DNA from: Deltaproteobacteria bacterium
GTDB lineage: Bacteria > Myxococcota > Kuafuiibacteriia > Kuafuiibacteriales > Kuafuiibacteriaceae
Assembly: GCA_040218735.1 (NCBI GenBank)
Contig: JAVJQW010000006.1
Span: forward strand, 96,001-160,000
Length of the DNA stretch: 64,000 nt
Direction: 5' to 3'
Made by a program: the position numbers and the translations under genes. The notes beneath the pieces were generated by a model. The model saw only the letters and a list, made by a program, of their open reading frames with translations. It ran no database searches and was not told where the DNA came from. Within the stretch, counting starts at the first letter, position 1. Each line of letters starts with the position of its first letter. Below are positions 48,301 through 57,069 of this stretch, one piece after another.

Positions 48301-50745
48301 TTCAAGCTGGCGCGTCACTACAAGGAGAAGCTCGACTTCGAGGCCGCCGCGAAGTGGATGGAGAAGTCGGTCGACCTGTACGAGGACCTCGGGCAGTACG
48401 CGCCCGGTGCGAAGCGGACGGCGGAGGCGAACCTCGCGTTGGAGCAGGCCGGTCACATCTACCTCACGAGCCTGAGTGATCCCGTCCGCGCGGAGCGGGC
48501 GTACGAGCGTGCGATTCGTTTTGCGAAGGACGAGGAGGCGCGCATCGACGGTCTGATCGACCTCGCGCGCGTGGCGCGACGACGCGGTGACTTCACGCGT
48601 GCGACGGAGCTCGCGGAGGCGGCGAGGAAGGCCGCGGCCGACAAGAAACTCCCCACGCGCGAGCTGTCGGGCGTGATCGAGAGCGCCAACGTGGCGTGGT
48701 ACCGCGGGGACTACGCGCGGGGCCGTACGAAGTGCGAGGAGAGCCTCGCGCTCGCGTCGAAGTTGTACGGGATCGTTCGCGACGCGTCGGCCAAGAAGAA
48801 GGTCGAAGGCAAGGTGCCGTCGAAGCGCGAAGTGCAGCGGCTGGAGATCTTCGCGCGGAGCGTGTGCGGTCTGGTGGCGATGAGTCAGCGCGACTACGCC
48901 GGGGCGATCGATTACCTGTCGACCGCGCGGCGCATCGCGGACTCGACGAACAACCGGCGCGAGGTCGCGACGCAGTTCAACAACCTCGGCAACGTCTACC
49001 TGGAGCAGGGGCTCCCGGACGATGCCGCCGACGCGTTCCGCAAGGCGCTGTCGATCGACACCAAGCTCTCCGACAAATACGCGCTCGCCTACGATCTGAG
49101 GAACCTCGGTCGCGCGTTGACGCAGCAGCGCGACTTCGACGAAGCCGCGATCGCGCTGCGCCGCGGGCTCGAGTACGCCAAGGAGGCGCGCGACACGAAC
49201 AACGAGCTTCGCGCGCGGTTTGCCTTGGCGCTCCTCGCCGAGGCGCGCGGCGACGAGGGGGCGGCGCAGGCGGCCTACGCGGCGGCGCTCCCGCTCGCCG
49301 AGCGGCTCGACGTCCGGGACATCACTTGGCAGATCCACCGCGCGCAGGGGCAGGCTGCGGAGAAGGCGGGGGATCTGGAGCGGGCCGAGGCCTCCTATCG
49401 ATCGGCGGTCGCGGTCGCCGGGACGCTGACCGGGCGGGCGTCGGTGGGGGAGGTCGGGCCCAACCGCTTCGAGACGTTCGACGACCTGATGCGCCTGTAC
49501 CTCGATCAGGACCGAGACCGGGAGGCGTTCGACGTGGCGGTCCGTCGCCGGCAGCTCGAACAGCTCGCGTTGCTCGCGGACGCGCGTGTGCCGCTCGGCG
49601 GTGCGGAGGTGCTCGCGCTGCTGTCGACGATGCAGACCACAACGAGCGCGACGGTCGCGTCGGAGGCGCTCACCGCGTTGCGGAAGTCGGCGCCGCGGGT
49701 CGCGGACGTCTTCGAGCCGATCGACGTCGACGCGGTGGCTGCCCAGCTGCCGGGCGACGCGGCGATCCTGATGTACACGGTCACGCGTCAGGGCCTCGCG
49801 ACCTTCGCGCTCACGAAGGCTGGGCTGGTGGCGTCGCAGGTCAAGGAGTCGGGGCTCGTCGAGCGCGTGCAGCGGTACGCGCAGCTGCTCGCCGACCGCG
49901 CGGACCTCTCGACGGAGCACGCGTTCCTGGCCACGGCGATGTTCTCGGGCGTTCGCGAGGCGCTGAAGGACAAACGTCGCGCCGCGTTCGTGCTGGACGG
50001 TCCGCTCGCGTACGTCGCGGTGGCGGCGCTGCCGTACGAGCAGGACGTCGCGGTGGTGGATCGTTTTGTCCCGTCGCGCGCGCTACACGTGCGCGGCGCG
50101 CTGCGCGGGCTGACGAACCCGATGCCGGCGTTCGGTTCGCTGCCGATCCGTGCGCTCGGTGCGTCGTCGTTGCCGCCGGGCTCGGCGCGCCGTCCGCTCC
50201 CGTTTGCGCGGCGTGAGCTCGACGTGATCCAAGAGGAGTTCCCGAGCGCCGCGGTGACGAAGGGCGACGGCGTGACGCGGAGCATGCTCGCGTCGACGTT
50301 GGCGTCGTCCGAGGGGGTCTTCCACTTCGCCGGCCACAGCGTCCTCGCCGACAACCGGCGCGGGGTGCTCGACCCGCTCGGCGGTCAGCTCCTGACGAGC
50401 GACGGTCCGGTGTCGGTGCTCGAGGTGCTGCGGCAGCGGACGGCGTCGAAGCTCGTGGTGCTCTCCGCGTGTTTTTCGATGCTCGCGCCGTTCACCGACA
50501 GCGAACACCTCGGCGGCGAGGAGCTCGTCTCCTTCGTACGCGCGCTGCACCTCGCCGGCGCGGAGCACGTGCTCGCGACGTCGAGCTTCGTCGACGACCT
50601 CTCGGCGTCGGTGCTGATGAAGCGCTTCTACCGTGCGGCGAAGGGCGCCGACGCGCCGACCGCGCTCGCCGAAGCCCAACGCGCGGTGCGCGTGCATCAC
50701 CCGCACCCGGCTTGGTGGGCGACTTTTGCGGTGGTGGATCGGTAG
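42373..50745 (+). CDS. Giant lipoprotein: TolB-like PD40 propeller + TPR + inactive CHAT + TPR + active CHAT protease
   Basis: LVLLSC lipobox; PKISPDG/PAWAPNG/PAVSPDG repeats; many TPRs; FHFAGHS (His 50335) and VVLSAC (Cys 50470); HPAWWATF end. Confidence 0.85.
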   Translation: MRVAAGTLALVLLSCGGVDIPRPTIPEAELEGLRTGTLVAFTPEDDLLPSVSSDGRYVLFASEQNGNLDVWVRDFGRHSTYPITKESSADDFDPKISPDGRRMAFVTRRLDAKGDIFISDSNDESDLERITDERTHDRQPAWAPNGETIYFTAALGIAREHIAKVDIDSKKVDRVSPGPGFDPAVSPDGRYLVYTQPERHPRLVALELASGSTVALTIGEAPEGFAAFVPPSALEEGVKAGLLYVRFPDDDNGDGILDAADHGSIWRIDVDLPALFAGGSDAVSRPRPLTDGSDDELFPNAGDGWLYVTRGSVQQDIVRFPIDGMFPPYEDPAQYLALAKTVEDPRTRWFVYRLAEARTDDTLLGAQIALNIANLHLAASRDDLARPAFERVFVYTRRATADTPRAQLAGLARTELAAIEHRRRVAAGDDLTNVIERTEKTLLKIRADCAWSERVVARVNLELAELLVARGHRVLAIEAFDRVIAEHPEQTYSAARAALRRIELLQIAHDPPAIGEAYRRVLEQWPDQVEIVNEASRRIVAAHLEDLVVGDDWKDQVDALRRIIPRFGASPVRREARWQLARLLEEHGALDSAALEYRQIVAAAKKDRLSGARGMVRLHTINERRGARDEASRGWRELRSRFSDLPGYGALAREAITRVDLERAQAEEEDDNLTAALAAYKNVIDNDLTQVKAHRRYLALSAQVGRIDEALAEAKARAEASAGTPIARYAYGLALTWADPPKLDDAWDEIAEAIRLNPQLPNAYVTRGWIRERRERSPSTIKVIIREVTQRIGQMVGGFLDVEIGQQGELELALEDYKTALRLNPESTAPEAEAEILLNLGNAHYLLAETTQDVANMRLAFDRYVEMWRLGYAFYEPIVEAIFWERFGRSAIWADEPALSAMATRRAIQFAKKHDLDSRLAQLYGNLALAYANAGEDAYAEAALAEFDSALTKRKIEERVIIAVRNRARSRLATIEARSTESLDEVLRALRKSRHLLAKEKSTGRQTPDLWRGAIANYTSAQYGFRAEGELDLNLALAEITHQAHGETSRVRALREARLDVTSHILETIPTKLMIDTEPVALTQARERIGLVASRARALLERGDPEAITAYDAALAEVDRWYEDGRLALDRPALAVDRGRVLAARVEAKLRLGLPIADEAAGLEAARTKILEDLSGTASATTGALLLTSELLETLPSALTSTGALAQTSSIAMHAPLLGRAFLDARAVRARLSHALGLVQVDAVHRGLRGAADLDGALASLDAASREGMRAAHERFDLAAREAAGAGPGLGGTVVVAALTALARTARAQPDQRVMSAAFAAEAQAIAKRIGRPDLEAGVLLTDAWTRTATHARTIDTQLRARGPHVYLNARDAYERLLERVVGLAVAQSKTNAAFAAVDRMLLVHTASGVGVQLSNATSSSDRAASTRYRRFLDRLTQLRGELASTDLTTSVDDHAALLSRINDTMEALAEFEELAVADYSEAGYLRTFRLPQDPDFVAADLTPRQIVIAPFSLEGRVHLALVDGSTTAPQLAITPTDVAFEDAKAALAALRVGLQSGYADSASVEVLQAALVTPIAARLKNKRHVVFASALLGGPIPGVVLPKAALTHVSAPSALAQAALAQVVGVEGQIVVATDPGAPLVDGRVLDPRQTAAFRATKNKEDLQLGAQRSLDERSAVERLAARAVDAVVVDAPVILEPNAPERAALSVGTATSADGDYGTPIADRFSEEVPLTELDLPSRVLVLGRVTERDLGGAAYPADALLSLDLTLAMNGHATTLIVPERVPRPVARRVVQRFLDRAKTQSYAYALAATLREERASAPQVDLIALVGAPGLDAQGQRAYAKRNVTKARRYAIDRLKNKRYEEVVPALERWIRLQFSARAPKYVKSAYLALVGVLSETLEEHARAADAMEQLVEFMASKKGGKKERRQVADARVDLAYLYSRAHDYVKAEQTFAGAIEELEALGQRDGVARAWFKLARHYKEKLDFEAAAKWMEKSVDLYEDLGQYAPGAKRTAEANLALEQAGHIYLTSLSDPVRAERAYERAIRFAKDEEARIDGLIDLARVARRRGDFTRATELAEAARKAAADKKLPTRELSGVIESANVAWYRGDYARGRTKCEESLALASKLYGIVRDASAKKKVEGKVPSKREVQRLEIFARSVCGLVAMSQRDYAGAIDYLSTARRIADSTNNRREVATQFNNLGNVYLEQGLPDDAADAFRKALSIDTKLSDKYALAYDLRNLGRALTQQRDFDEAAIALRRGLEYAKEARDTNNELRARFALALLAEARGDEGAAQAAYAAALPLAERLDVRDITWQIHRAQGQAAEKAGDLERAEASYRSAVAVAGTLTGRASVGEVGPNRFETFDDLMRLYLDQDRDREAFDVAVRRRQLEQLALLADARVPLGGAEVLALLSTMQTTTSATVASEALTALRKSAPRVADVFEPIDVDAVAAQLPGDAAILMYTVTRQGLATFALTKAGLVASQVKESGLVERVQRYAQLLADRADLSTEHAFLATAMFSGVREALKDKRRAAFVLDGPLAYVAVAALPYEQDVAVVDRFVPSRALHVRGALRGLTNPMPAFGSLPIRALGASSLPPGSARRPLPFARRELDVIQEEFPSAAVTKGDGVTRSMLASTLASSEGVFHFAGHSVLADNRRGVLDPLGGQLLTSDGPVSVLEVLRQRTASKLVVLSACFSMLAPFTDSEHLGGEELVSFVRALHLAGAEHVLATSSFVDDLSASVLMKRFYRAAKGADAPTALAEAQRAVRVHHPHPAWWATFAVVDR

Positions 50746-50764
50746 CCCGTCTCCTGTGCCTTTT

Positions 50765-51718
50765 TCAGGGACGTGAGAGCGCCTGGGCGACGCTCGCGGT
50801 GACGACGGCGGCGCCGGCCTCGTTCGTGTGAACGGAGTCGGCGAGGAGCGTGGTCTTCAGCGGCGGCGGGCGCTCGAAGAGGAGGCGGACGCGCTCGGGA
50901 AGGACGGCGCGCACCGCCTCCGGGTCGAAGTCCACGCGGGTGCCCTCCGGGGTCGGGCCGAGGAGCCACCAACACGTCGTCGACGCGGGGAGGCGCGCGA
51001 GCATCCGGTCGAGCGCGCGCCGGTGCGGTGGGGTGAGGACGAATCGGTCGGCGATCACACTCGCGCGGAACGCGCCCGCGGCCGGGAAGTAGCCGAGGCG
51101 CGCGCGGTCCGCGACGAAGGTCGCGTTGGCGTCCAGGTTGGCTCGGCCCGCGGACAGGTCGAACAGCAGCCACGGGCGCGCCGCGCCGAACACGTACGCG
51201 CGGTGCCGGTAGGTCGGGGACGCGGAGCGGAGTACGGCGTCGACGCCCTGCACCCAGGTGAGCTCACCGACTCCGACGTGGCGCCACGCGGAGGCGGGGG
51301 ACGGGAAGAAGTCGAGGTAGAGCGCCGTCGGGAAGTCTTCGATCCCGCCGTCCGGGACGTGCCCGAGCACGACCGTGCTCGGGGGCGGGTGCGCCGAGAG
51401 GTACGCGTCGAGGAAGGCTTCGTCGGCGATGAGCCCGGCGTCGGAGACGAAGCCGAGGTTCGTCGCGCGTTGGTTCGTGAGCGCTTCGAAGCGCTGCGGG
51501 TCGATCGACGCGCGCACGCTGGAGTCGCCGAGGAAGAGCACGTCGGTTTCGTGGGTGACGCGCGCCTCGAGGTGCCGGTGCAAAAGGAACGTCTCGTTCG
51601 TGCTCGCGCGCCCCGCGAAGCGGTCCAGGCCGATCTCCGCCGCCGCCGCCACGACGACGAACCCCGCGAGCCCGAGCAGGAGCGCGCGTCGGTCAGAACT
51701 GGAAGTAGATGAACTCAC
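50765..51718 (-). CDS. SGNH-family protein (AlgJ/AlgX/DltD-like partner of MBOAT)
   Basis: N-terminal TM, LFLGDSS, DSVHTN; overlaps the MBOAT 3' end. Confidence 0.7.
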   Translation of the reverse strand: MSSSTSSSDRRALLLGLAGFVVVAAAAEIGLDRFAGRASTNETFLLHRHLEARVTHETDVLFLGDSSVRASIDPQRFEALTNQRATNLGFVSDAGLIADEAFLDAYLSAHPPPSTVVLGHVPDGGIEDFPTALYLDFFPSPASAWRHVGVGELTWVQGVDAVLRSASPTYRHRAYVFGAARPWLLFDLSAGRANLDANATFVADRARLGYFPAAGAFRASVIADRFVLTPPHRRALDRMLARLPASTTCWWLLGPTPEGTRVDFDPEAVRAVLPERVRLLFERPPPLKTTLLADSVHTNEAGAAVVTASVAQALSRP

Positions 51719-53063
51719 GGGAACCGAACTCGCCGAGGGTGAGGAAGAGGTACAGACCGAGCGCGTACGCCGCGCCGCGCACGGGGGCGGGGAGGTCGCG
51801 GCCCTTCGCGATGCGTCGTGCGATCGCGACGACGAGGAGCGGTGCGACGCAGACCAGCGTCCAGCGCAGGTAGAGCAGCTGCGGGTCGTAGGTGACGAAG
51901 AAGTCCGAGGTGAAGCGCTCGATTTTGTGCACGAGGTCGCCGAGGTCGTTCGCGCGGAAGATCAGCCACCCCATACAGGTGAGCTGGAAGAAGAGGGCGA
52001 CGCGGAGCTCGCGCGAGATCTTCGCCCACGCGTGGGCGAACGCTTCCACGCGGAACAGCGCGAGGAGCACGCCGTGGAACGCGCCCCACAGAACGAACTT
52101 CCAGGACGCGCCGTGCCACAGGCCGCCGAGGAGCATCGTCAGCATGAGGTTCCTCGCGGTGTGGCCGGTGCGGTTGCCGCCGAGCTCGATGTACAGGTAG
52201 TCGCGCAGCCAGGTGGAGAGGCTGATGTGCCAGCGTCACCAGAAGTCGCTGGGGTCGGTCGCGAGGTAGGGGCCGTCGAAGTTCTTGCGGAGGTCGAAGC
52301 CGAGGATCCGCGCGCAGCCGATCGCGATGTTCGAGTACCCCGCGAAGTCGCCGAGGATCTGGAACGCAAACGCGTAGACGCCGACGGCGATCACCCAGCC
52401 GCCGACGTCGGCGGCGGGATCGAAGATCGGGTCGACGACGTGCACCGCGAGGTTGTCCGCCACGACGCACTTCTGGATGAGACCCCACAGCACCAAACGA
52501 AGCCCGGACTCCAGCGCGCGTGGATCGAAGCGGCGAAGGGAGGTGATCTGCGGGAGCAGGTGCGTCGCGCGCTCGATGGGGCCGGCGACGAGCTGCGGGA
52601 AGAAGGCGACGTACAGCGCGAAGTCGAGGAGGCTTCGCGTGGGCGGGAGTCGACCGCGGTAGACGTCGATCGAGTAGCTCATCGTCTGGAACGTGTAGAA
52701 CGAGATCCCCACCGGCACGGCGATCTCGAGGAACGGTCCGCGGATCCCGAGAGGCGCGAGGCTGCCGAGGAAGAAGTCGTAGTACTTGAAGACGCCGAGG
52801 AGCCCGAGGTTGGTCGCGACGCTCACGGTGACGGCGAGGCGCGCGCGCGTCGTGCCGCGGTGGCGCTCGATCGTGAGCGCCGCGAAGTAGTCCACGAGCG
52901 TGGACCCGACGATCAGGGTGAGGAAGCGGACGTCCCACGCGCCGTAGAAGACGTAGCTCGCGGCGAGGAGCAGAGCGTTGCGCACCGGAACGCGGCGGAG
53001 CGCCCACGTCGCCGGGGCGACGAGGACGAAGAAGACGAAGAACTCGAGCGTATTGAACAGCAA
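51693..53063 (-). pseudogene. MBOAT O-acyltransferase (AlgI-like) with an internal TGA
   Basis: [66 protein letters not shown]; both halves are in one frame; TGA at 52236-52238. Confidence 0.88.
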
Positions 53064-53082
53064 GCGTTCAGCCGCCGAGCCT

Positions 53083-53379
53083 TCAGTCGTCGTAGGTGGT
53101 GCGTCGGCGTTTGTTCCGCTGAATGTGCGCCCAGGCGGCGGCCGTGTGCATCGCCGCGAACAGGCCGCAGATCCCGAGGAAGAGCCACTGCGGGAACGGG
53201 GTGCCGGGGAGCCCGACCGAGTGCCCCTGGTCGTAGCCATACGAGCCGACGATGGCGACGATGGTCCAGAAGACCACGGAGAGGACCGCGCCCGCCACGC
53301 GGTTGAACTGCGAGACACCGATGACGACGATGATGCCGACCATCATGGCGACGGGCAGGCTGACGAACATCTCGTCCAC
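53083..53379 (-). CDS. Small three-TM membrane protein
   Basis: GTG 53379 or ATG 53370; three hydrophobic segments and a basic tail. Confidence 0.55.
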   Translation of the reverse strand: MDEMFVSLPVAMMVGIIVVIGVSQFNRVAGAVLSVVFWTIVAIVGSYGYDQGHSVGLPGTPFPQWLFLGICGLFAAMHTAAAWAHIQRNKRRRTTYDD

Positions 53380-53437
53380 GTTCCCTCGACTATCACGGTC
53401 GACCCGGACCCCCAAGCTCCCGTAGACTCCCACCGCT

Positions 53438-54193
53438 TTGACGGAGCGACTGATCGGACACGCCCCACCGAAGGAGCCGCGCGAGCGGCTGATCTTCGCG
53501 CTGGATGTCGACCACATCGACGAAGCGGAGCGGCTGGTGAAGGCCCTCGCGCCCCACGTGGGGATGTTCAAGGTCGGGCCGCGGCTGTTCACCTCGGCGG
53601 GATCGCTGGTGATGGATCTCGTCCACGGGATGGGCTCCAGCGTGTTCTTGGACCTGAAGTTTCACGACATCCCGGCGTCGGTCGCGGGTGCGGCGCGCGA
53701 GGTTGCGCGGCTGCGGACGAAGATGTTCACGGTCCACGGGTTGGGCGGGACGAAGATGATCGAGGCGGTGCTGCGCGAGCTGTCGCAGATGACGCTGATC
53801 CCCGGGCTGCCGCCGCCGATCGTGCTCGGCGTGACGATCCTGACCAGCCACGACCAGGCGAGCGTCGAGGCGCTCGGCTTCGAGCGGCCGATCTCGGAGC
53901 TCGCGATGCGGCTCGCGAAGGTCAGCGTCGAGGGCGGCGCGGGCGGGATCGTGGCGAGCGGCCACGAGGTCGCGGCGCTGAAGGCGGCGCTGCCGGAGGG
54001 CACGGTGTTCGTCGTCCCGGGCATCCGCTCGGCGAGTGACGAGGTGCAGGATCAGTCGCGGGTGATGACCGCTCGGCAGGCGGTCGAGGCGGGCGCGACG
54101 TACGTCGTTGTGGGGCGGCCGATCCGCCTCGCGAAGGACCCGGCGGCGGCGGCCGACCGGATCGTCGAAGACATCGCGCAGGCGAACGTATGA
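53438..54193 (+). CDS. pyrF: Orotidine-5'-phosphate decarboxylase
   Basis: LIFALD, FKVG, FLDLKFHDIP, VTILTS, PGIR, VVGRPI. Confidence 0.95.
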   Translation: MTERLIGHAPPKEPRERLIFALDVDHIDEAERLVKALAPHVGMFKVGPRLFTSAGSLVMDLVHGMGSSVFLDLKFHDIPASVAGAAREVARLRTKMFTVHGLGGTKMIEAVLRELSQMTLIPGLPPPIVLGVTILTSHDQASVEALGFERPISELAMRLAKVSVEGGAGGIVASGHEVAALKAALPEGTVFVVPGIRSASDEVQDQSRVMTARQAVEAGATYVVVGRPIRLAKDPAAAADRIVEDIAQANV

Positions 54194-54927
54194 GCTCCCC
54201 GCGCGTCATCTTCGGCGTGAACCCGGTGCTCGAGGCGATCAAGTCCGGGCGGCGGGTCGACCGCGTGTGGCTCGCGCGTTCCGCGGGCGGGGCGACGAAC
54301 CGGATCAAGAGCGCCGCGAAGAAGGCGAACGTCCCGGTGTCGGTGGTGCCCAAGGAGGAGATCGATCGACGGGCGTCGGGTGGTGTGCACCAGGGCGTCG
54401 TGGCGTCGGTGGATCCGAGCGACATGGAGCCGGTGGACGTGGACGGGATCTGCGACCACGCGGAGTCGCTCGGGGAGGCGCCGCTGGTCGTGCTCCTGGA
54501 CGGGATCGAGGATCCGCAGAACCTCGGCGCGATCATCCGGAGCGCCTATGCGCTTGGCGCGCACGGCGTCGTGCTGCCGAAGAACCGCGCCGCCGGGATC
54601 ACCCCCGCGGTGGTGCGGGCGTCGGCGGGCGCGACGATGCACGTGCCGATCGCTCGGGTCACGAACCTCAAACACGCGCTCGAGGATCTGTCGCGTCGCA
54701 ACGTCTGGTCGGCGGCGGCGGTCCTCGGGGGGACGCCGGCGCACGAGGCCCGCCTGGACGGCGGGTTGGCGCTGGTGATCGGGAGTGAGTCGAAGGGGGT
54801 GAAGCCGAGCCTGGCGAAGGCTTGCGACATGCAGATCACCATCCCGCTCGGCGCCGATTTCGACAGTCTGAACGCGTCCGTGGCGGCCGGGATCCTTTTG
54901 TACGAGGCGCGGCGTCAGCGCGCTTGA
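54190..54927 (+). CDS. rlmB: 23S rRNA G2251 2'-O-methyltransferase
   Basis: HQGV, LDGIEDPQNLGAIIRS, IGSE..G, SLNASVA. Confidence 0.93.
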   Translation: MSSPRVIFGVNPVLEAIKSGRRVDRVWLARSAGGATNRIKSAAKKANVPVSVVPKEEIDRRASGGVHQGVVASVDPSDMEPVDVDGICDHAESLGEAPLVVLLDGIEDPQNLGAIIRSAYALGAHGVVLPKNRAAGITPAVVRASAGATMHVPIARVTNLKHALEDLSRRNVWSAAAVLGGTPAHEARLDGGLALVIGSESKGVKPSLAKACDMQITIPLGADFDSLNASVAAGILLYEARRQRA

Positions 54928-54950
54928 CAGTGCGCCTCAATCCCTCTAAT
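54924..54950 (+). promoter_or_regulatory. Candidate sigma70 promoter for the tRNA cluster
   Basis: TTGACA at 54924-54929 and TCTAAT at 54945-54950 (short 15-nt spacer). Confidence 0.4.
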
Positions 54951-55008
54951 GACCACAGTCCCTCATCCCGGGGGTCGTTTTCGGGCGTCGGGAGACTGGG
55001 GGGCTCGC

Positions 55009-55081
55009 GCTGGCGTAGCTCAATCGGTAGAGCAGCTGCTTTGTAAGCAGCGGGTTGTTGGTTCGAGTCCGATCGCCAGCT
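55009..55081 (+). tRNA. tRNA-Thr(TGT)
   Basis: Cloverleaf; anticodon arm GCTGC-TTTGTAA-GCAGC; GTTCGAG T-loop. Confidence 0.95.
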
Positions 55082-55118
55082 TTCCAAGAGATTGCTAGCG
55101 GTTACGAAAACTTAGCTC

Positions 55119-55200
55119 GGAGGGATGCCCGAGTGGCCAAAGGGACCAGGCTGTAAACCTGGCGGCTTCGCCTTCGAAGGTTCGAATCCTTCTCCCTCCA
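55119..55200 (+). tRNA. tRNA-Tyr(GTA)
   Basis: CCAGG-CTGTAAA-CCTGG; long variable arm. Confidence 0.95.
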
Positions 55201-55265
55201 TCGAACGTCGCCGTACCGACGGCGGCGCTCGGTTCTTTGAACACGATGGTTGTTACGTGCGGTAC

Positions 55266-55338
55266 GCGGGAGTAACTCAGTTGGTAGAGTGCCAGCCTTC
55301 CAAGCTGGATGTCGCGAGTTCGAACCTCGTCTCCCGCT
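55266..55338 (+). tRNA. tRNA-Gly(TCC)
   Basis: CCAGC-CTTCCAA-GCTGG. Confidence 0.95.
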
Positions 55339-55343
55339 CGTCC

Positions 55344-55416
<73 letters not shown>

Positions 55417-55517
55417 TGTTTTTCCTTGGCAGTCGCACCCTGGATCGACTAGACAACGCCGGTTTTGGGGATCGCCCGCTGGCGGCGACCCAGGGGGCGG
55501 CACGAGGGGTGAACAGT

Positions 55518-55591
55518 AGGGCAGTAGCTCCAATTGGTAGAGCGGCGGTTTCCAAAACCGCATGTTGGGGGTTCGAATCCCTCCTGCCCTG
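55518..55591 (+). tRNA. tRNA-Trp(CCA)
   Basis: GCGGT-TTCCAAA-ACCGC; canonical position before secE. Confidence 0.95.
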
Positions 55592-55638
55592 TACGGTGTC
55601 GCCCTCCAACCATCCTGCGAAGACGCTCGGAGACCACG

Positions 55639-56022
55639 GTGCAAGGTAACCAACGCTACGTCATCTTCTCGTTCCTCGCGGCCGGCGGCCTGCTGTGGGC
55701 GACGTTCGCCAAGATCTTCGGCGCGATCGCTTACGCGGCGGACCTCCCGGATGCGGCGATCCTCGGCAACCAGTTCACGGTCAGCACGCTGCTCGGCATG
55801 GTCGTCGGCGTGGGCGCCGTGATCTTCGGCCTCAAACATTCTCAAACGTTCTCGTTCTCGGAGCAGGTGGTCGCGGAGCTGCGCAAAGTGACGTGGCCCG
55901 ACCGTAAGGAGACGCAGACGGCGACGGTGGTCGTCATCGTCACCACCCTGATCATCGCGGCCATCCTCGGCGTGTTCGATCTCGTGTGGGCCAAGATCAC
56001 CGGCCTCATCTACTCCGCGTGA
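55639..56022 (+). CDS. secE: Preprotein translocase subunit SecE (three-TM type)
   Basis: [13 protein letters not shown] motif; GTG 55639 after a GGAG RBS. Confidence 0.92.
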   Translation: MQGNQRYVIFSFLAAGGLLWATFAKIFGAIAYAADLPDAAILGNQFTVSTLLGMVVGVGAVIFGLKHSQTFSFSEQVVAELRKVTWPDRKETQTATVVVIVTTLIIAAILGVFDLVWAKITGLIYSA

Positions 56023-56744
56023 AGGACGGCAAGCTCGTGATCGAAGAAGAGACCCAGGAAGAAACGGAAAGCCCCGCGGTCGAGGAGACCCCCGAGGAGG
56101 CGCCTGCAGAGGCGGCCGAAGCGGCGGCGTCCGAGCCCGAGGCGGCCGAAGCGCCCGCGGACGCGTCCGAAGCGCCGGCCGAGCCGGAGAAGCCGAAGAA
56201 CACCAACCCGAAGATGAAGTGGTACGTGGTGAACACGTACTCGGGTTTCGAGATGCGGGCCCAAAAGAGCCTGCAGGAGCGGGTGAAGCTCGAGGGGCTC
56301 GACGAGTTCTTCGGGGAGATCCTGGTCCCGGCGCAGAACGTCGTCGAGCTGATGGGCGGGACCAAGCGCACCAGCAAGCGGAAGTTCTTCCCGGGTTACA
56401 TGCTCGTGGAGATGGAGCTGACGGACCACACCTGGCACCTGGTGAAGTCCACGCCGAAGATCACCGGCTTCGTCGGCAACCAGCAAAAGCCCATGCCCTT
56501 GCGCAAGAAAGAGGTCGAGCGCCTCACGCAGCAGGTCAGCCAGGGTGAAGTCGCCGTGAAACCGAAGATCGTCTACGAGGAGGGCGAGACCGTCCGCGTG
56601 ATCGACGGGCCCTTCGCGAGCTTCAACGGCACGATCGAAGAGGTGAAGGAGGAGAAGCAGAAGCTTCGCGTCCTCGTCTCCATCTTCGGCCGCTCCACTC
56701 CGGTGGAGCTGGACTTCACGCAGGTCGAGAAGACGGCGGGCTGA
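56019..56744 (+). CDS. nusG: Transcription factor NusG with an acidic N-terminal extension
   Basis: [38 protein letters not shown]; start GTG 56019 or 56037. Confidence 0.95.
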   Translation: MKDGKLVIEEETQEETESPAVEETPEEAPAEAAEAAASEPEAAEAPADASEAPAEPEKPKNTNPKMKWYVVNTYSGFEMRAQKSLQERVKLEGLDEFFGEILVPAQNVVELMGGTKRTSKRKFFPGYMLVEMELTDHTWHLVKSTPKITGFVGNQQKPMPLRKKEVERLTQQVSQGEVAVKPKIVYEEGETVRVIDGPFASFNGTIEEVKEEKQKLRVLVSIFGRSTPVELDFTQVEKTAG

Positions 56745-56760
56745 GGCGTGCGGGGGCGTC

Positions 56761-57066
56761 GTGGTGGCTGGGGACAAGGTGGCGCCGCTGGCGCCCGGCT
56801 CCGATGTCGCGGCGCTGGCCGCTGACCTCCGGCAGACCCTCGACGCGCTGAAGGGGATCGACCAACGCCTGGGCCGCGTCGAGCGGAGCCTGGGCGAACA
56901 CACCGAGATGCTCTCGAAGCTGCGGACGGTCGTCGACCGCCTCGAAGGGGCGATGGCGACCAAGAAGCAGATGAAAAAACTGAAGAAAGTGCTCGATCAA
57001 CTCGACGTGATCGAGATACCCGACGACGCTCCGCTGCTCGAGGGGGCTTCGGAGAACAGAGACTAA
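56761..57066 (+). CDS. Hypothetical coiled-coil protein inserted between nusG and rplK
   Basis: Fills the gap almost exactly; GC3-rich codons; heptad pattern. Confidence 0.65.
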   Translation: MVAGDKVAPLAPGSDVAALAADLRQTLDALKGIDQRLGRVERSLGEHTEMLSKLRTVVDRLEGAMATKKQMKKLKKVLDQLDVIEIPDDAPLLEGASENRD

Positions 57067-57069
57067 GCC

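Noticed and set aside
52236-52238. Selenocysteine codon in the MBOAT gene
   Set aside because: Aligns to a conserved Arg rather than Cys; the downstream hairpin lacks the apical G of a bacterial SECIS.
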